From: Nageia nagi
Taxonomy: Eukaryota > Plantae > Pinophyta
Assembly: GCA_050084985.1 (NCBI GenBank)
Contig: JBITNC010000001.1
Coordinates: forward strand, 177,816,001 to 177,880,000
DNA length: 64,000 nt
Reading direction: 5' to 3'
The first letter of the stretch is position 1. Each line of letters opens with the position of its first letter. Of the stretch, positions 26,289 through 38,665 are shown one piece after another. The notes below the pieces were generated by a model. The model did no database searches. It was not told the origin of the DNA and saw only the letters and a program-made list of their open reading frames with translations. Position numbers and translations under genes: made by a program.

Positions 26289-27023
26289 GTAAGGAGATTT
26301 ATCTTAGGTATTTAATCAATGATTGTATCTGTTCAATGAAAAGGTTATATGACTGTTACCAGGTATTACCTTTAGCCTCTTGATGTGATAATCTGAACGT
26401 GCATATTCTAATCAAAATTTTCTCTCGTTGTGGACAACCTTGGGTGCATTCTAGCTAGGATTTGTTTAAGAGAGTTGTGCTTGCAATTCTCTGAAGGAAC
26501 TCTTGCAAGAAAATCATGGAAGATAAGGCAACAAACTAATATTGTATGGACAGCAAATGGAAGATAGTAATTGGTTTTGGATATTTCACATCTAGCGTAT
26601 TTTTGTTGGTATTGCTTTTAGCCTTCTGATGGGATACTTTGAATGGGCATAGGTCAAGCAACATCTTCTCCCCATATGAAGGCTCTTGCTTAATTTTGAG
26701 TTATTGAGAGTTAAAGTTGTTCTTGAAGTAATTTATTGAGGCTTTTGTGTAACTACATAGAAGATTAGCAAGCCAACTAATATTGTAAAGCCAGCTTTCG
26801 ACTTTGTTTAACATTCTCTGATCAGAAACTGTGATCTTTTACTCGTAATCAGTAGATCTTGTGGGCAGGTTATTTAGTAAATGTTTTGGGTCTTTGGCTG
26901 ATGTGATAAGTTTGTTACAAATTTGAGTTCCGTCTCTAGCTACTTTCCCTTTTCGATGTACGTCACAGGGTTTGCTCTTATATAGCTTTTGTGATGTATA
27001 ATGCAACTTTGTGTTGTCTGCAG

Positions 27024-27216
27024 TTATATCAAAGAAGGAAGTACCGTTAGTGTCATGGGTGTTGTCCAGAGAAATGATAATGTTCTTATGATTGTTCCTC
27101 CTCCTGAACCAGTATCTACTGGCTGCCAATGGACAAAGTTCCTCTTACCTGCTAGCTTAGAAGGACTTGTTATAAAATGTGAAGACTCTTCAAAGGCGGA
27201 TGCTATACCTGTGTAG
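27024..27216 (+). CDS. SHOU4L: SHOU4-like coding exon 4 (YIKEGSTVSVMGVVQRNDNVLMIVPP..DAIPV*)
   Basis: ctgcAG acceptor; phase matches exon 3; total CDS 1524 nt = 507 aa + stop. Confidence 0.93.
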
Positions 27217-29469
27217 CCGTTTAAGTTCTATCATCCTTGGCTTCAAGGTTAAAATTTCCGTTGCATGTTAATTGTCTCTATTGTATTCTCTCTGTTGTTA
27301 AGGTCATTGCTTCATCTGGAAAAGAAGATTTTTTGGTCTTTCTGTGATATCACAGGTCAGGGTATCAAGGAACATGGGCTTCCATCTTGTGGAGAATAAT
27401 TTTAATGTTAGAAATAACCTATAAGGTGGCCAAAGTTTTGTTAGCTTTGACAATTTATTGGATAAGAAAGTAATGTTTTTATGCTTTGAGCATGTAAGGA
27501 AAGGGTTACCTAATTGCCAATGGTAAATGCCGGCATCCGTAGAAACTTAGATGAAGTCAGCCGAAGATGATAAGTAGCAGAGAAGTTTATTAATTATATC
27601 ATCTATTGGTACTTCTAGTATTCATTTCCCCAAGGAGCAAAGGTCACCACAGCCACATCAAGCTTTTATTCAATGCAATTGAATTACAATTTGTTTTGTA
27701 CAAGTTTTGTGCTTTTATAAATTTATTGTATTGGTTCTTTGTGGGAACTGCTGGGCTAATAGAGGCTGTACAATTACTGTAAAGCAGTCCTTTGTTGTAC
27801 ATAAAAGATTTGGTCTATTTAGCGTGAGATGATGTATTTGTATGATTGGCTTCAAGATCTTTCAATCTATTACTGAAGCATGGGTTGTATTTGTATGGGT
27901 TCTTTGGATATTATGTCTTTTCTTTTGCAGCACTATTGTTTTGTTTGAAGGAATATTAAGCAGCTTATTGGTGATTACAACAGCTTGTCTGTAATATATT
28001 CATACATATGCGATTGAAAGAGTGTTTCATGCAGGTTTCAGAGTCGCTGGAAAATGATTCCATGCTGTCAAAGGATGTAGTGTGGTGTAAAAACCTTTTG
28101 CTAAAATAGGGTAATTAGCTTACAACAACTGTCAAGTTGAAATCTCCTCTTTTTTTTTCAAGTTCAACAGCATATTTAAAGCGTTCAATCGAACAAGAAC
28201 ATTGAAGATTCAACTGTTTGTTTATGCGCAATAATATGGATCTAATTATTAAAATATTGTGATCTCAATGGGCAATTGTTGCTGTTTGTGAAGATGAAAT
28301 ATGAATTGAAAACTTACCAAGAGGATGGCTTATATCTTTAGTGTTTGGGCTTTGAATAGTGTTTTATGTTCGATACCTAAAGAACATGAATTCAGAAAAT
28401 GATAGAACTATCCATATCTCATTTTGTACGCCAATTCTGTTTCTGATTAAGTATTGTACTAGTACTAAATATTCTACATGGGAGTAAATATAATAATATG
28501 GATTGTTTCGAGTTGTTTAAGTCAGGTTGTAAGTTCTACATATGATTTTTGTTAGATTACGCAAAATGTAGGTGGTTTTCACATTGAATATATTGAGGAA
28601 TGATGTCAATTTCTGATTTCAATTCTCTGGTATTAGAAATGGATGTTGATGGTTTCTTTGAAGAGTTCTATGACATGTTTAGACGGTTGAATCCTTACAA
28701 CATTATTAAAACAAAATTGCAAAGAGCAAGAAAAATGTTTTGATCAATTACCCATTTTTATCACTTCTGTTTTGACTTTCATATTTAAGTTGCATCCCAA
28801 CTTCCAACTTGATTACGTTGCATGGCGTCACAATTGAGTGGCTTTCAAGCCTTTGATCTTTCAAAAATCAGATGTTACTGACATAGTTGCATTGTTCCAT
28901 TTTCATTTAAATTTCTTATTATGGATCCTTCAGGTTATTCTTTTATGTGGAGTGCAAGAAGAGGACAACACTCTCAAGGCACGATTACCATAATAACCAG
29001 TGCTATTGCTTTTTAGGTCCGAGTTTTGTTGACAACTCATAAGGTACAAGTAGCTGGCCAAAACATGTGTTTGATATGGTATATGAAGATGATTACCAAA
29101 AGAATCTGAAATGTTAATTCTAAGTCTTCATTGATCTCGTAAACAAAACTGTATTCAAATTCCACCAAAAAACTTCATTTGTTGCTAAGTTTGTGATAGG
29201 CATTATAGCGTTAAAGTTGGTCACAATGTTGTTTGCGAACGAATACGTAAAGGTAGTTCTTTAATCTTGATTGTTCGTAACTTTTGCTGAAACCAAAGTT
29301 TTCGTTGTGTTAGTTAGCTCATTAGCTAATTCAAATTTAATGTATTTTTATCTTTGCATGCAATGCCTTTTATCTTTTGCATTTTGTTTTTAATAATTGA
29401 AATTAGAATTTAATATTACTGTTCATAGATGATTAAAAAAATCAATGGTATTGAAATTGAAATTTGATA

Positions 29470-30241
29470 TTAATGGTTACGGGTGATAGATATATGGTCA
29501 ATGGACTGTAGAAATGGGTATATAAGAAGAGCAACAAAATATTTGAAGTGATCCAATGTACAAAAGTGAAAATTAGACAAAGAAAAAGTGAAGAAAGTGT
29601 CAAATCCAATGGATTCAACTAAGTTGAATGTTTCCCTATGAGAGTCAAGTGACTCTTCTAACATTTGAAGTCGGAAAGAAGCTCATGATGTTGCACTTAA
29701 GGAAATAACCATAGTGGGTTTAGTAATAATGTGTCAACAAGAAACCCCTTTAAGTCTCTAGGGATCATGTTACATTTCCAATTTGTAGCTTTCTATAGTT
29801 GAAAAAAATGTGATAAGTTTGGGGTTTGTTGTGTTGCGGGATCAAGCCTAGGAATTATAAGTTCAAATGGACATTTTTTCAAATTTAAGATATATTTTAC
29901 GCTTTAAAAAATATGAAATTGTAAAAAATGATGTCCATTAAAATATCTAAATTGTAATTTTGACATGTATATAAAACGGTTAAACCTTTTTTACTAATTT
30001 ATAATATACAAACAAATTTATATGGTAGATCCGCATAGTCTTTCATTTTACTTAATTCAGAAAGGATTAGTGTGGTATTTTCTTGAACGGATTTAGGATC
30101 TGGTATAATTAAAATTTTGACAGGTAGGATTTTTTGCCAAGACGTAAATTGATGGCCAATCAATAGAGTAAAATGCAATAAAATAAATTTGGACAGGTAG
30201 GATTTTTTTAAATTCCAAGCCTGGCGGGATCTATCAACTAT
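29470..30241 (+). mobile_element. possible 3' end relic of a hAT-type DNA transposon
   Basis: Subterminal-like repeats gacaggtaggatttttt x2 and taggatc/gggatc, ending tatcaactat; no partner TIR found. Confidence 0.3.
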
Positions 30242-30299
30242 CACTCTTTGCTCAAGGCAGGTGGCTTTTCAAATATTTAGTGTGATGTATTTTTGGTCT

Positions 30300-33050
30300 T
30301 CATAATTCATTTATGATTTCAAAGTATAGGCACTATTGAATAAGCAATGAGATTGACTTTGAATTTCATAGTAAATGGGGCAAATGGATATGAAATGTTC
30401 TTCAATCTATGGTTCCATGTTACATAGTTTGTATATACATTGGGCTCTATGGATATGATAGTTTTTCTCAATAGGGAGTTGGTGTGAGCAAACCCTTATT
30501 AGACCAAGAGGGAATTCAAGATTATGGGATGTGTAGTTTGATGTAATTAGGGGTGATAATAGCTCCATTCTTCAATTTCGTGTAAACCCTAAAACAATGT
30601 AAAAGCTTTGGTGAAAGCAATTTTTCTAGTTCAATACAAGTTTTCCTTAGGTAATTTGAGTAGATTTCCTTCATGATCAATTTGTTAGTATCTTTGCTAG
30701 AAGGATTAGAGGACATGTATGAGAGTTGAGAAAGAGGAAGTTGCTTGATATCAAGGCCTATGGAATGTAAGAGAGAAGTGGCTTATGAATACCAACACTA
30801 GTGAATGCTTTTACTTGAAAGTTGCATTGAGGATCTAAATGCTAAGAGAGGGTATATCTTTGACTTGAGTTGCTAAGATCATGTGAGGAATTCTATCAAA
30901 AGTTTGATAATATGGAATACTACAAGAGGCAACATGGGATATGCATAAAATTCAACCAAAATAATGGAATGAGGGACAATTCTTTTGGCTTGAATGGATA
31001 TTGAGAGCATATTTACCAAAACCTTCTCAATGCAAGCCTTACTAGAGAGTATACAGCTAGATCCCCAAACTGCACATCCATAACACATAGTTAGAGAGAT
31101 AAGAGCATGAAAGAGTTTAATTTTTGCAATATCTTGAAACTTGAGTTGAATCATTTTGTCGAGTATGATAGTTGCAACATAGCCTTTATTCAATATGTTT
31201 TGGGAGGTTGGGATTAAGCTAAAAGTAGGCCTTATGAAGAGTAGCCCCAAAAAATGTATGAGATGACAATCTCGGTAGGTTGCACTTTGAAAGTAAGGTG
31301 GATTTTGGAAACATTTTCTCTTAACATGTTGAAGGACATCACCTTTGTCTGTGTAAGATTAACTTTTAGACCATGAATAACATAAAATGTACTTAGGATG
31401 TCAACTTTATGTTAAAGCCTAGTCAATGTATGAGACAGCAAAACTACTTTGTCTACAAAGAGCAAAATTGATACAAGGGAATCATGCAGACACTTGGGCC
31501 CAAGGTGTTTGAGATCAATTATTCAAGTTTAGCAATATGGAGCCATAATAAAATAGGTGAGAGGGGGAAACCCTATTTAACACCAATAATGCTATGGACC
31601 ATATTAGATAAATGAGAGCCAACATAGACTTGGCTAGCTACTTTTTTAAATAATATCATGGTAAGGGATATGAGATCTTTAGGGATCCATATATTCTCAA
31701 GTCTCTAAAATTGGATATTTTCGAGGATAGTATCAAAAGCTTTATGAAAGTCAATAAAGCAACAATCAACTTTTTGTTTATAGGCTCAAGCCTCTTCAAT
31801 GATGGCTTGTAGAGTGAGAATGTGATCAATAGTGTGGTAGTTTCTGTGAAAGCCAACTCGACTAGGTGTACATGGATTGTGCATTTCAAAAAAGCTAATT
31901 ATGAACTCATCAAGAGTCGTGGAAAAGAAATTTTCTAAGGTGTGGTCTACCATAAGTGTTCTATAGTTAGTAGGATTGAGGGGTCACCAAATTTGTAAAT
32001 GGGGTGGATAATATTGGAGTTCCAAGGAGGAAACCCATGAGAAAATATAGATAGCTAAAACTATGGGAATGTGCTTGAGGAATTTAGCACTTAGGTTTTT
32101 GAAGTTAATAACTTTACTAATTTGGAGTTTATAAATAGCTCATATGATCTTTTTATCAATGAAGAAATTACAAAGTTGGGGTCTAGGATAGGGAATAATG
32201 GAAGGTTGATTCGGGATGTTGTAGAGGGTAGAGGCACAAGTGAACCAAAAATGTGGGTAAGTGATAGAACATAGGTGAGATCTAGGGAGAAAGAGGCACC
32301 AACAACTCTTAGCATTCATCTTCAACATATTGATGATTTTCAATCCTTTTGCAATAACATATTATCTCTTCTTGTTTCTAAGGAGGTTACGATAAGTTCT
32401 TTGGGCCTCTGTAACAATAAAAGAGTTACATTGCATAAAAAAATGGGTAATTTTATGGAAGGTATTGCATTCATTATCAAACCATGAGTTATGGAGGTAA
32501 TGGATTGTATAAAAGTACATATAAGAGGAGCATAATAGAACCTAAAGCAACTTCTATGTGGAAGAGTGAAAAGTATATAAAGAAAATAAGTAGTAGAATT
32601 TTTCATGATGCTATACTCAACAAGCCATACTATAGTACCAAGAGTCAATATGAGAAGAATCATGAGACTCCTTTAACATTCGAGATTAAAAAAAAAGCTC
32701 ATAATGTTGTAATAAGAGGGAGTAAGCCTAGTGAATTTAGTGGTAACATAGTGATGAGGAGTCCTAGAGTCATCAAGAATCATTATATTCTTCCAATTCA
32801 TAACTTCCCATAGTTGAAAAGACGATGTGATAAGTTTGGATCTATTCATGATTGAGCTATGTTTAAGGTGGAAGGATTCTCAAATATAAAGTGTGGTGCA
32901 TTTCTAATCTTCGTAGTTCATCCATGATTTCAAAATATGGGCATCTTAAAATAGACAATGGTATTGACCATATATCTCATAATAGATGGGATAAATGAAT
33001 ATAAAATATTCTTTAAATTCTAGTTTCATATTATAACTTGCATATATGTT
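30300..33050 (-). mobile_element. decayed non-LTR retrotransposon, RTE/RTEX-like ORF2 (putative EN, RT, thumb, CCHC)
   Basis: Minus strand: GVK*GFPLSP (~31552-31584), ILLFVDKVV (~31445-31470), LFHALI..YGCAVWG..IEKV (30879-31250), KLCNMEP*IEEHFISICPIYYEI (~30362-30430). Confidence 0.8.
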
Positions 33051-33079
33051 AGTCTCAGGGATATGGTGATTTATCTCAT

Positions 33080-34100
33080 ATGGAGCTTATGTAAGCAAAA
33101 TCTCACTTGACTAAGAGGAAATATGAGGCCATGTGATATATGTAGTTTGATGTATTCAGGAATGGAAATAATTCTATTCTCCAATCTCATGTAGACATGA
33201 AGATAGTGTAAGAGCTTTGGAGAAAGTGATTCTTTTGATACTTAATCTTTTTATTGATATCTATATTGGAGATATTAAAGATCCTATTTTAGGGTTGGGA
33301 GGGAGGAAGTCAATTGATGTTTAGGCCTATGGATTTTAAGAGAGTAGTGGCCTCTAAGTTCCAACACCAAGGAATATCCTTACTTGCAAGTTGCATTGAA
33401 GATTTGAGAGCTAATAGAGGGTATATCTTTGAGCCAGGAGTCGTTGATATCATATAACAAATCCTATTCAATAACTTGACAATATAGAATATTGTAGATA
33501 TAAAAAGGTTATATTCATAAAATTTAGCAAGGATGATGGAATGAAGGATAAATTTTTTACCTTGAATTCAACCATATGGTTAAAGAATTCAACAATTGGG
33601 TTTCAAAGTCAACAAATTTTCCAATTTAGAGTTTATGGATAACTCACAAAATAATCTTATTAATGAATAAATAACAAAATTATGATCATGGATTGCGGAT
33701 AATAGGATCTTGATTCAGGATGTCATAGAGAGAATAAACATAAGTAAACTAGTCATGTGGATCAATGATAAAGCACACACAAGACCTTTGGGAGAAAAAG
33801 ATGCCATGATCTTTTAGCATTAGTCTTCAACATATTGTTGACTTTCAACCTCTTTACAACAATATACCGCCTCTCATATTTTTTGAGGTTATGATAAAAG
33901 ATTTGTGTTTCTTTAACAATAATAGGGTTCAAATGTATAATGGATTAATTAAGTTTATGAAGGGACTTGCAATCATGGCAAACCATGAATTACATGGGTA
34001 GTGGCCATAGGGGTATTGATGGTAGGGTAAAGGATTCAATAACAAATATACATATTGATTTTGAAAAATGACATGCCTTCAAAATAGGGTCATGTATATG
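33080..34100 (-). mobile_element. second, internally deleted copy of the same LINE
   Basis: 33108-33570 aligns to 30501-30995; 33700-34000 aligns to 32200-32510; 34078-34092 resembles 32928-32945. Confidence 0.75.
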
Positions 34101-35428
34101 GTGAAGGATAACAAGATGCTCATTTTATTAACAATTTCACATCTTAATGTACATTGATGAAGATATTAGTTAAAATGTAGTTCTTTTTTAAAAAAGAATA
34201 AACAACACTACACGATAAGGACTTGGGCCTATGTGGTATTCTACTTCTATGTACAATGGAGAATATCAACTTCTATCTTGTAAATACTAAATACCAACAA
34301 ATATTATGAATGAATGATAAGCTTTTTGCTTTTACTTCAACACAAAATTAAATACCAAAATAGTCATCTTCACCAAATATTTTATCCTACGGAGATAAAA
34401 TAGAGACATGCATCCCCACCAAAATAGAGCATTGCAAAAAATAAAATAAAATGGAGCACGATACAAATATGCATGCCATCCTTGGTGAAAGTTATTTGTT
34501 AGTAGTTTCAATTGAAGTGAAACCTTTCATGGTTAGTTGAGATCCCACATCATAAAGATGAAAATTTAAAATGCAAATATTTATAGACTTTGATCTTCAA
34601 ATTTGATGTCAGTCAAATAAATTTAGGAAGAATAATTGAAGACTAGAGTATCTGTTTATTCATTGACAAGCTCGCTAAGCCACTCCAAATTTGGCAATTC
34701 TAAAGAAGCATGGTGGATTTGGGAGGCTATTCTATTTGCTCTGATTTACATGAATGTTTTCCCTCAAATACCTATCCAACTTGACCTTTTGCATTGACTC
34801 TTCAAATAGTTCACCCATATTGATAGTAGAACTATATTTCATAAGGGAGAGGGGGTTGTTCATGTAATGCCTTAGGTTAAAAATCCTCAAGGAGCCATGC
34901 TAGGCAAGCAAAGACTAGGCAACAATGGAATTTAAGTCTAGAACATGTAATGAATTTATAAGATCTACCATTGCTTAGGGAGAATGAGTTACTAAAGAAG
35001 ATGGTTGGGATCCATATGAGAAAACCATCAACCTTAGGTTGGATGGAGAGGATGGAAACATTATAGGAGGCATGGAGATGAACCTTTTAAGTTATCATTG
35101 ATAAATAAGAATAAACCTTGGTCATCAATGAAGAGGGATTGAGAGCCTTATGAAGAGAAATTTGCATCATTATCGAAGAAATATGATTACTACTCATTGT
35201 TGCATCAAGGCATACATTTAGTGAGTCAGGAGACAAGAGGGATGGTGACAAAGGGGGTGAAAAAGGAAATGGAGAGTGGGAATGGTTTACTAAAGTTTAA
35301 GATGGCAAAGATACCAGAGTTGAACAACACTTGTGGTCATTGGATTATGTTTGATCCATTCCAAATAGGAAAGGTAAAATTTGGATTGTCAAAATTGGTA
35401 GTTGATCGAATGTAACTATTGATGTAAG

Positions 35429-36060
35429 TGTAGTACCTAAATTATGTATATATTAATATAAATGCAAAATAAGTCTACTAAAATGATACTTATTTATTCA
35501 AATATACTCATAAATAAATGAAAAGTGTGCACCTGATTATGATAAGGAAATACTCAAGGTATGTCGGTGATATATAGAGGATTGGATCAAATCAGAGATA
35601 GGCTTGATGATGATAATGAACCATGAATACTAGCATTTGTTGCCTCCTTTACCTATAACTCTAGATCATGAAGAATAATTGCGTGGACAACGTGTAAACC
35701 CTACAACGTTGATGCCTTAAAACCTATAGAATTATATCATGCACAAAGTATAACATGTAATAGAAGCTCATAGCATAACAAATCCTCGAATAGGTAGCAT
35801 CTAGAGACACTACAAGTATGATTTATGGGATAACCACCTATCAAAGATATTTGATAGGGATTTCAACCTCCAACTCCTAAATTTATAACCTAAGGACATA
35901 AATAAAAACCATGATAAATGATATTGCATTTAATATAACACATGGAATTGCATTGTAATATAAACATTATCTTGACATATGTAATACTGCTTTTAAATAT
36001 TTAAAGAAGTCTAAAATATGATTTATTAAATAAATAATAAATATTTTTTAGGCGTCTACA
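35429..36060. mobile_element. solo LTR (632 bp, Ogre/Tat-like termini) with TSD GTAAG
   Basis: TGTAG..GGCGTCTACA; GTAAG at 35424-35428 and 36061-36065. Confidence 0.85.
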
Positions 36061-36195
36061 GTAAGTCATCCATATCTTTTAAACAATGGTTTAGATACTT
36101 AAAGGTATGCTGACATTTACTTATATATATTATCATATAAAATTATAGATGTATATTAGAATAATATAATGTGCTCTAGAATTATGTAGAATGGA

Positions 36196-36227
<32 letters not shown>

Positions 36228-37628
36228 TAAATGATATTGTAAATAATATTATGTATTATTATAATATAGATGTTAGAAATTCAAGTGGATGCAAAAGTGT
36301 TATAATAGAGATAAAAAAGTTGATAAAAAAGTTCAAACATACAAATTTGATAAGTTTTATTTTGAGCTCTTTGCTCTTGAAATCATGGATTGGACAAGTT
36401 ATTAAATCTTTTTATCTCCTTCCTCCTACAATACCTTGGACAAGTTATTTTCCACTTAGTAAAATATAAGTTTTTAATTTCTTTTTTTCCTTTAAAAAAA
36501 ATATAGTTCAAAGGATTTTATCAAACAAAAAATAGTTCAAAGGAGTTTATAATAAACTAAATAAAAAATAAAAATGATTATCAATATAGTTGAGGGAATT
36601 TGATTTTGAACTACATGTGACACTGAGAGGGCCGGGGGGGGGGGGTGTAAATCAATGTATCTTAAACTTTAACAATTATGAAAACCAAAACTAGAAAGCA
36701 AACACACAAGCACACATCTCACAAGACGGATGTATAGTGGAAACCCAATGTGGGTAAAAATCACTTTGCAAAAGTACCACTTGGACTCCAATCCAAATTT
36801 GGCTTCAACAAGGTTACAATGTTCTGCATCACCCACTGCAAGGAATAGCACCAACTACCCTTTCATTCTATAGCACCAATTGCAAGGGTACCAACTCCTC
36901 TCACCAAGCACCCACTCAACAAACTCAAATCAAATATTAAAGATAAGTTTTGGCTCATGCAAGACCCTGAATGGTCTAGCTCCAATACTATCTCTGCACC
37001 CTCTCCCAATCATAATCACATTCACATACAATACTCTCTCATCACACTTCACATGCTCTGCTCTCTAAAAAAACCTCTACAATCCTTGCCATCTCTATCT
37101 AACTATTACATTAGTCATAAAAAGTATCCATCTTTTGCATTTATGATATATAGACATGCAACCATTCATATTCACCAACTTTTCATTAAGACCTATAATT
37201 GTTCTTGCATTTAAGAGGTATGGTCTATCGCTTTCTTTATTATATGTCTTAGCAATTGATGGTTTACCAACTACTTTGCAATCATTAATTGCTCTTATCT
37301 AGAGTTTTGGTGCTGAACATTATAAGGGTGAAGGAAGATGTATCCATTCAAACTTGAAAGTGAACTAATGCTACCACGTGGAAATGAGTTGCAGTTGACA
37401 CATTAGCAGAGTCTCGAGGGTCATACACCTTTGATTGAGTGGACCTGGGTGTTCACCTCCTCTTATAGTATTTATTTTTCCTTATTGGGTCTTATTACAC
37501 CTCGATGAATATTATTGAAACTTGAGATGCTTCTAGAACTTATCACCTACCAATTTTTTTTTTAAAATGTGATGTCATAACTCAAAACTAGTGGGGTTTG
37601 TTGAATATAGAGTTATGAACATCTCTCG

Positions 37629-38130
37629 TGTTGGAATGTATAATGTATTATTGTAAAAGTTTTTTAATTATCATCCTTGTAAATTCACTAATACTTAAGG
37701 GTATCATTATATACCTTAAGTATTTAAGTGAATATGATACTATAACATGTCCTACACTCCATGTCATGAGCATGCCCCTTGGGTAAAAGGGAGTTGCATG
37801 TCATGTCTTTGTACATTGGGTAAAAGGGTGATTCAAAGAGGGATTTTAGCCTATAAATAAAAGGCTCCCTCTTTGTGATCACACATAAATTTGTGAAGTA
37901 AAGTTATGATATATGATAGTGTTTAAAAGATAAGTTTAGGAGATTTGTAAGAGTTCATATTTATGTATGAAATGAGATCTAGTTAGTGGATGTACTCCTA
38001 GTTGGAGGAACCACTTACATCTTGAGTTATCTTTGTGAGATTGCTTTGTGAGTTATTTAGATTGTGATTTGTGAGATTTCATGTGATATTGGAAGTTTAT
38101 ATTTTCTTATGTTATATTTCAACTCTCTCA
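37629..38130 (+). repeat. 5' LTR of copia copy 2
   Basis: Direct repeat of 45679-46179; followed by PBS. Confidence 0.95.
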
Positions 38131-38132
38131 TT

Positions 38133-38144
38133 TGGTATCAAAGC
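38133..38144 (+). promoter_or_regulatory. PBS for initiator tRNA-Met
   Basis: TGGTATCAAAGC vs canonical TGGTATCAGAGC, 2 nt after the LTR. Confidence 0.9.
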
Positions 38145-38597
38145 TTGGTGTGAAAGCTCTTCTTCAACATCTTTGGAGGTTCCTCTTCATCACCTTTAAG
38201 ACTACTCAACTTGGACGTCTTCATCTTACACTTCATTGTTGAGGTGAACTTAAGAGAAGGTATAAATTCCTCTATTTTTTTTTTACATTATTTCATTATG
38301 ATTCTAACATCCTTTTGTTATGAGCCAATCCATTTTTTTTAAGGAAATATATTTACATGTGATTGCTATGATTTTTCTTTACTAAGACTATTTTGATAGT
38401 TTCATTTTTTTAAAAACTTGTTTATGATATAGCAATAATATGTTATATTTTTTTTAAAAGGATGCAATTTGTTTTTGTACAAAAATTTGTAAAGAAATGT
38501 TACAATAAAAAAATTGCATTTAAAAAAAAAGAAGAGGGGGAAAGTATTTATTTTTTACAAATAGTTGTAATCTATTTACAATTATTTTCAATATGGT

Positions 38598-38601
<4 letters not shown>

Positions 38602-38662
<61 letters not shown>
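38602..38662. repeat. (TG)~30 microsatellite inside the copia 5' UTR
   Basis: Directly visible. Confidence 0.97.

Positions 38663-38665
<3 letters not shown>

Noticed and set aside
34700-35420. Possible L1 ORF1 relic
   Set aside because: Too decayed; no motif identified with confidence
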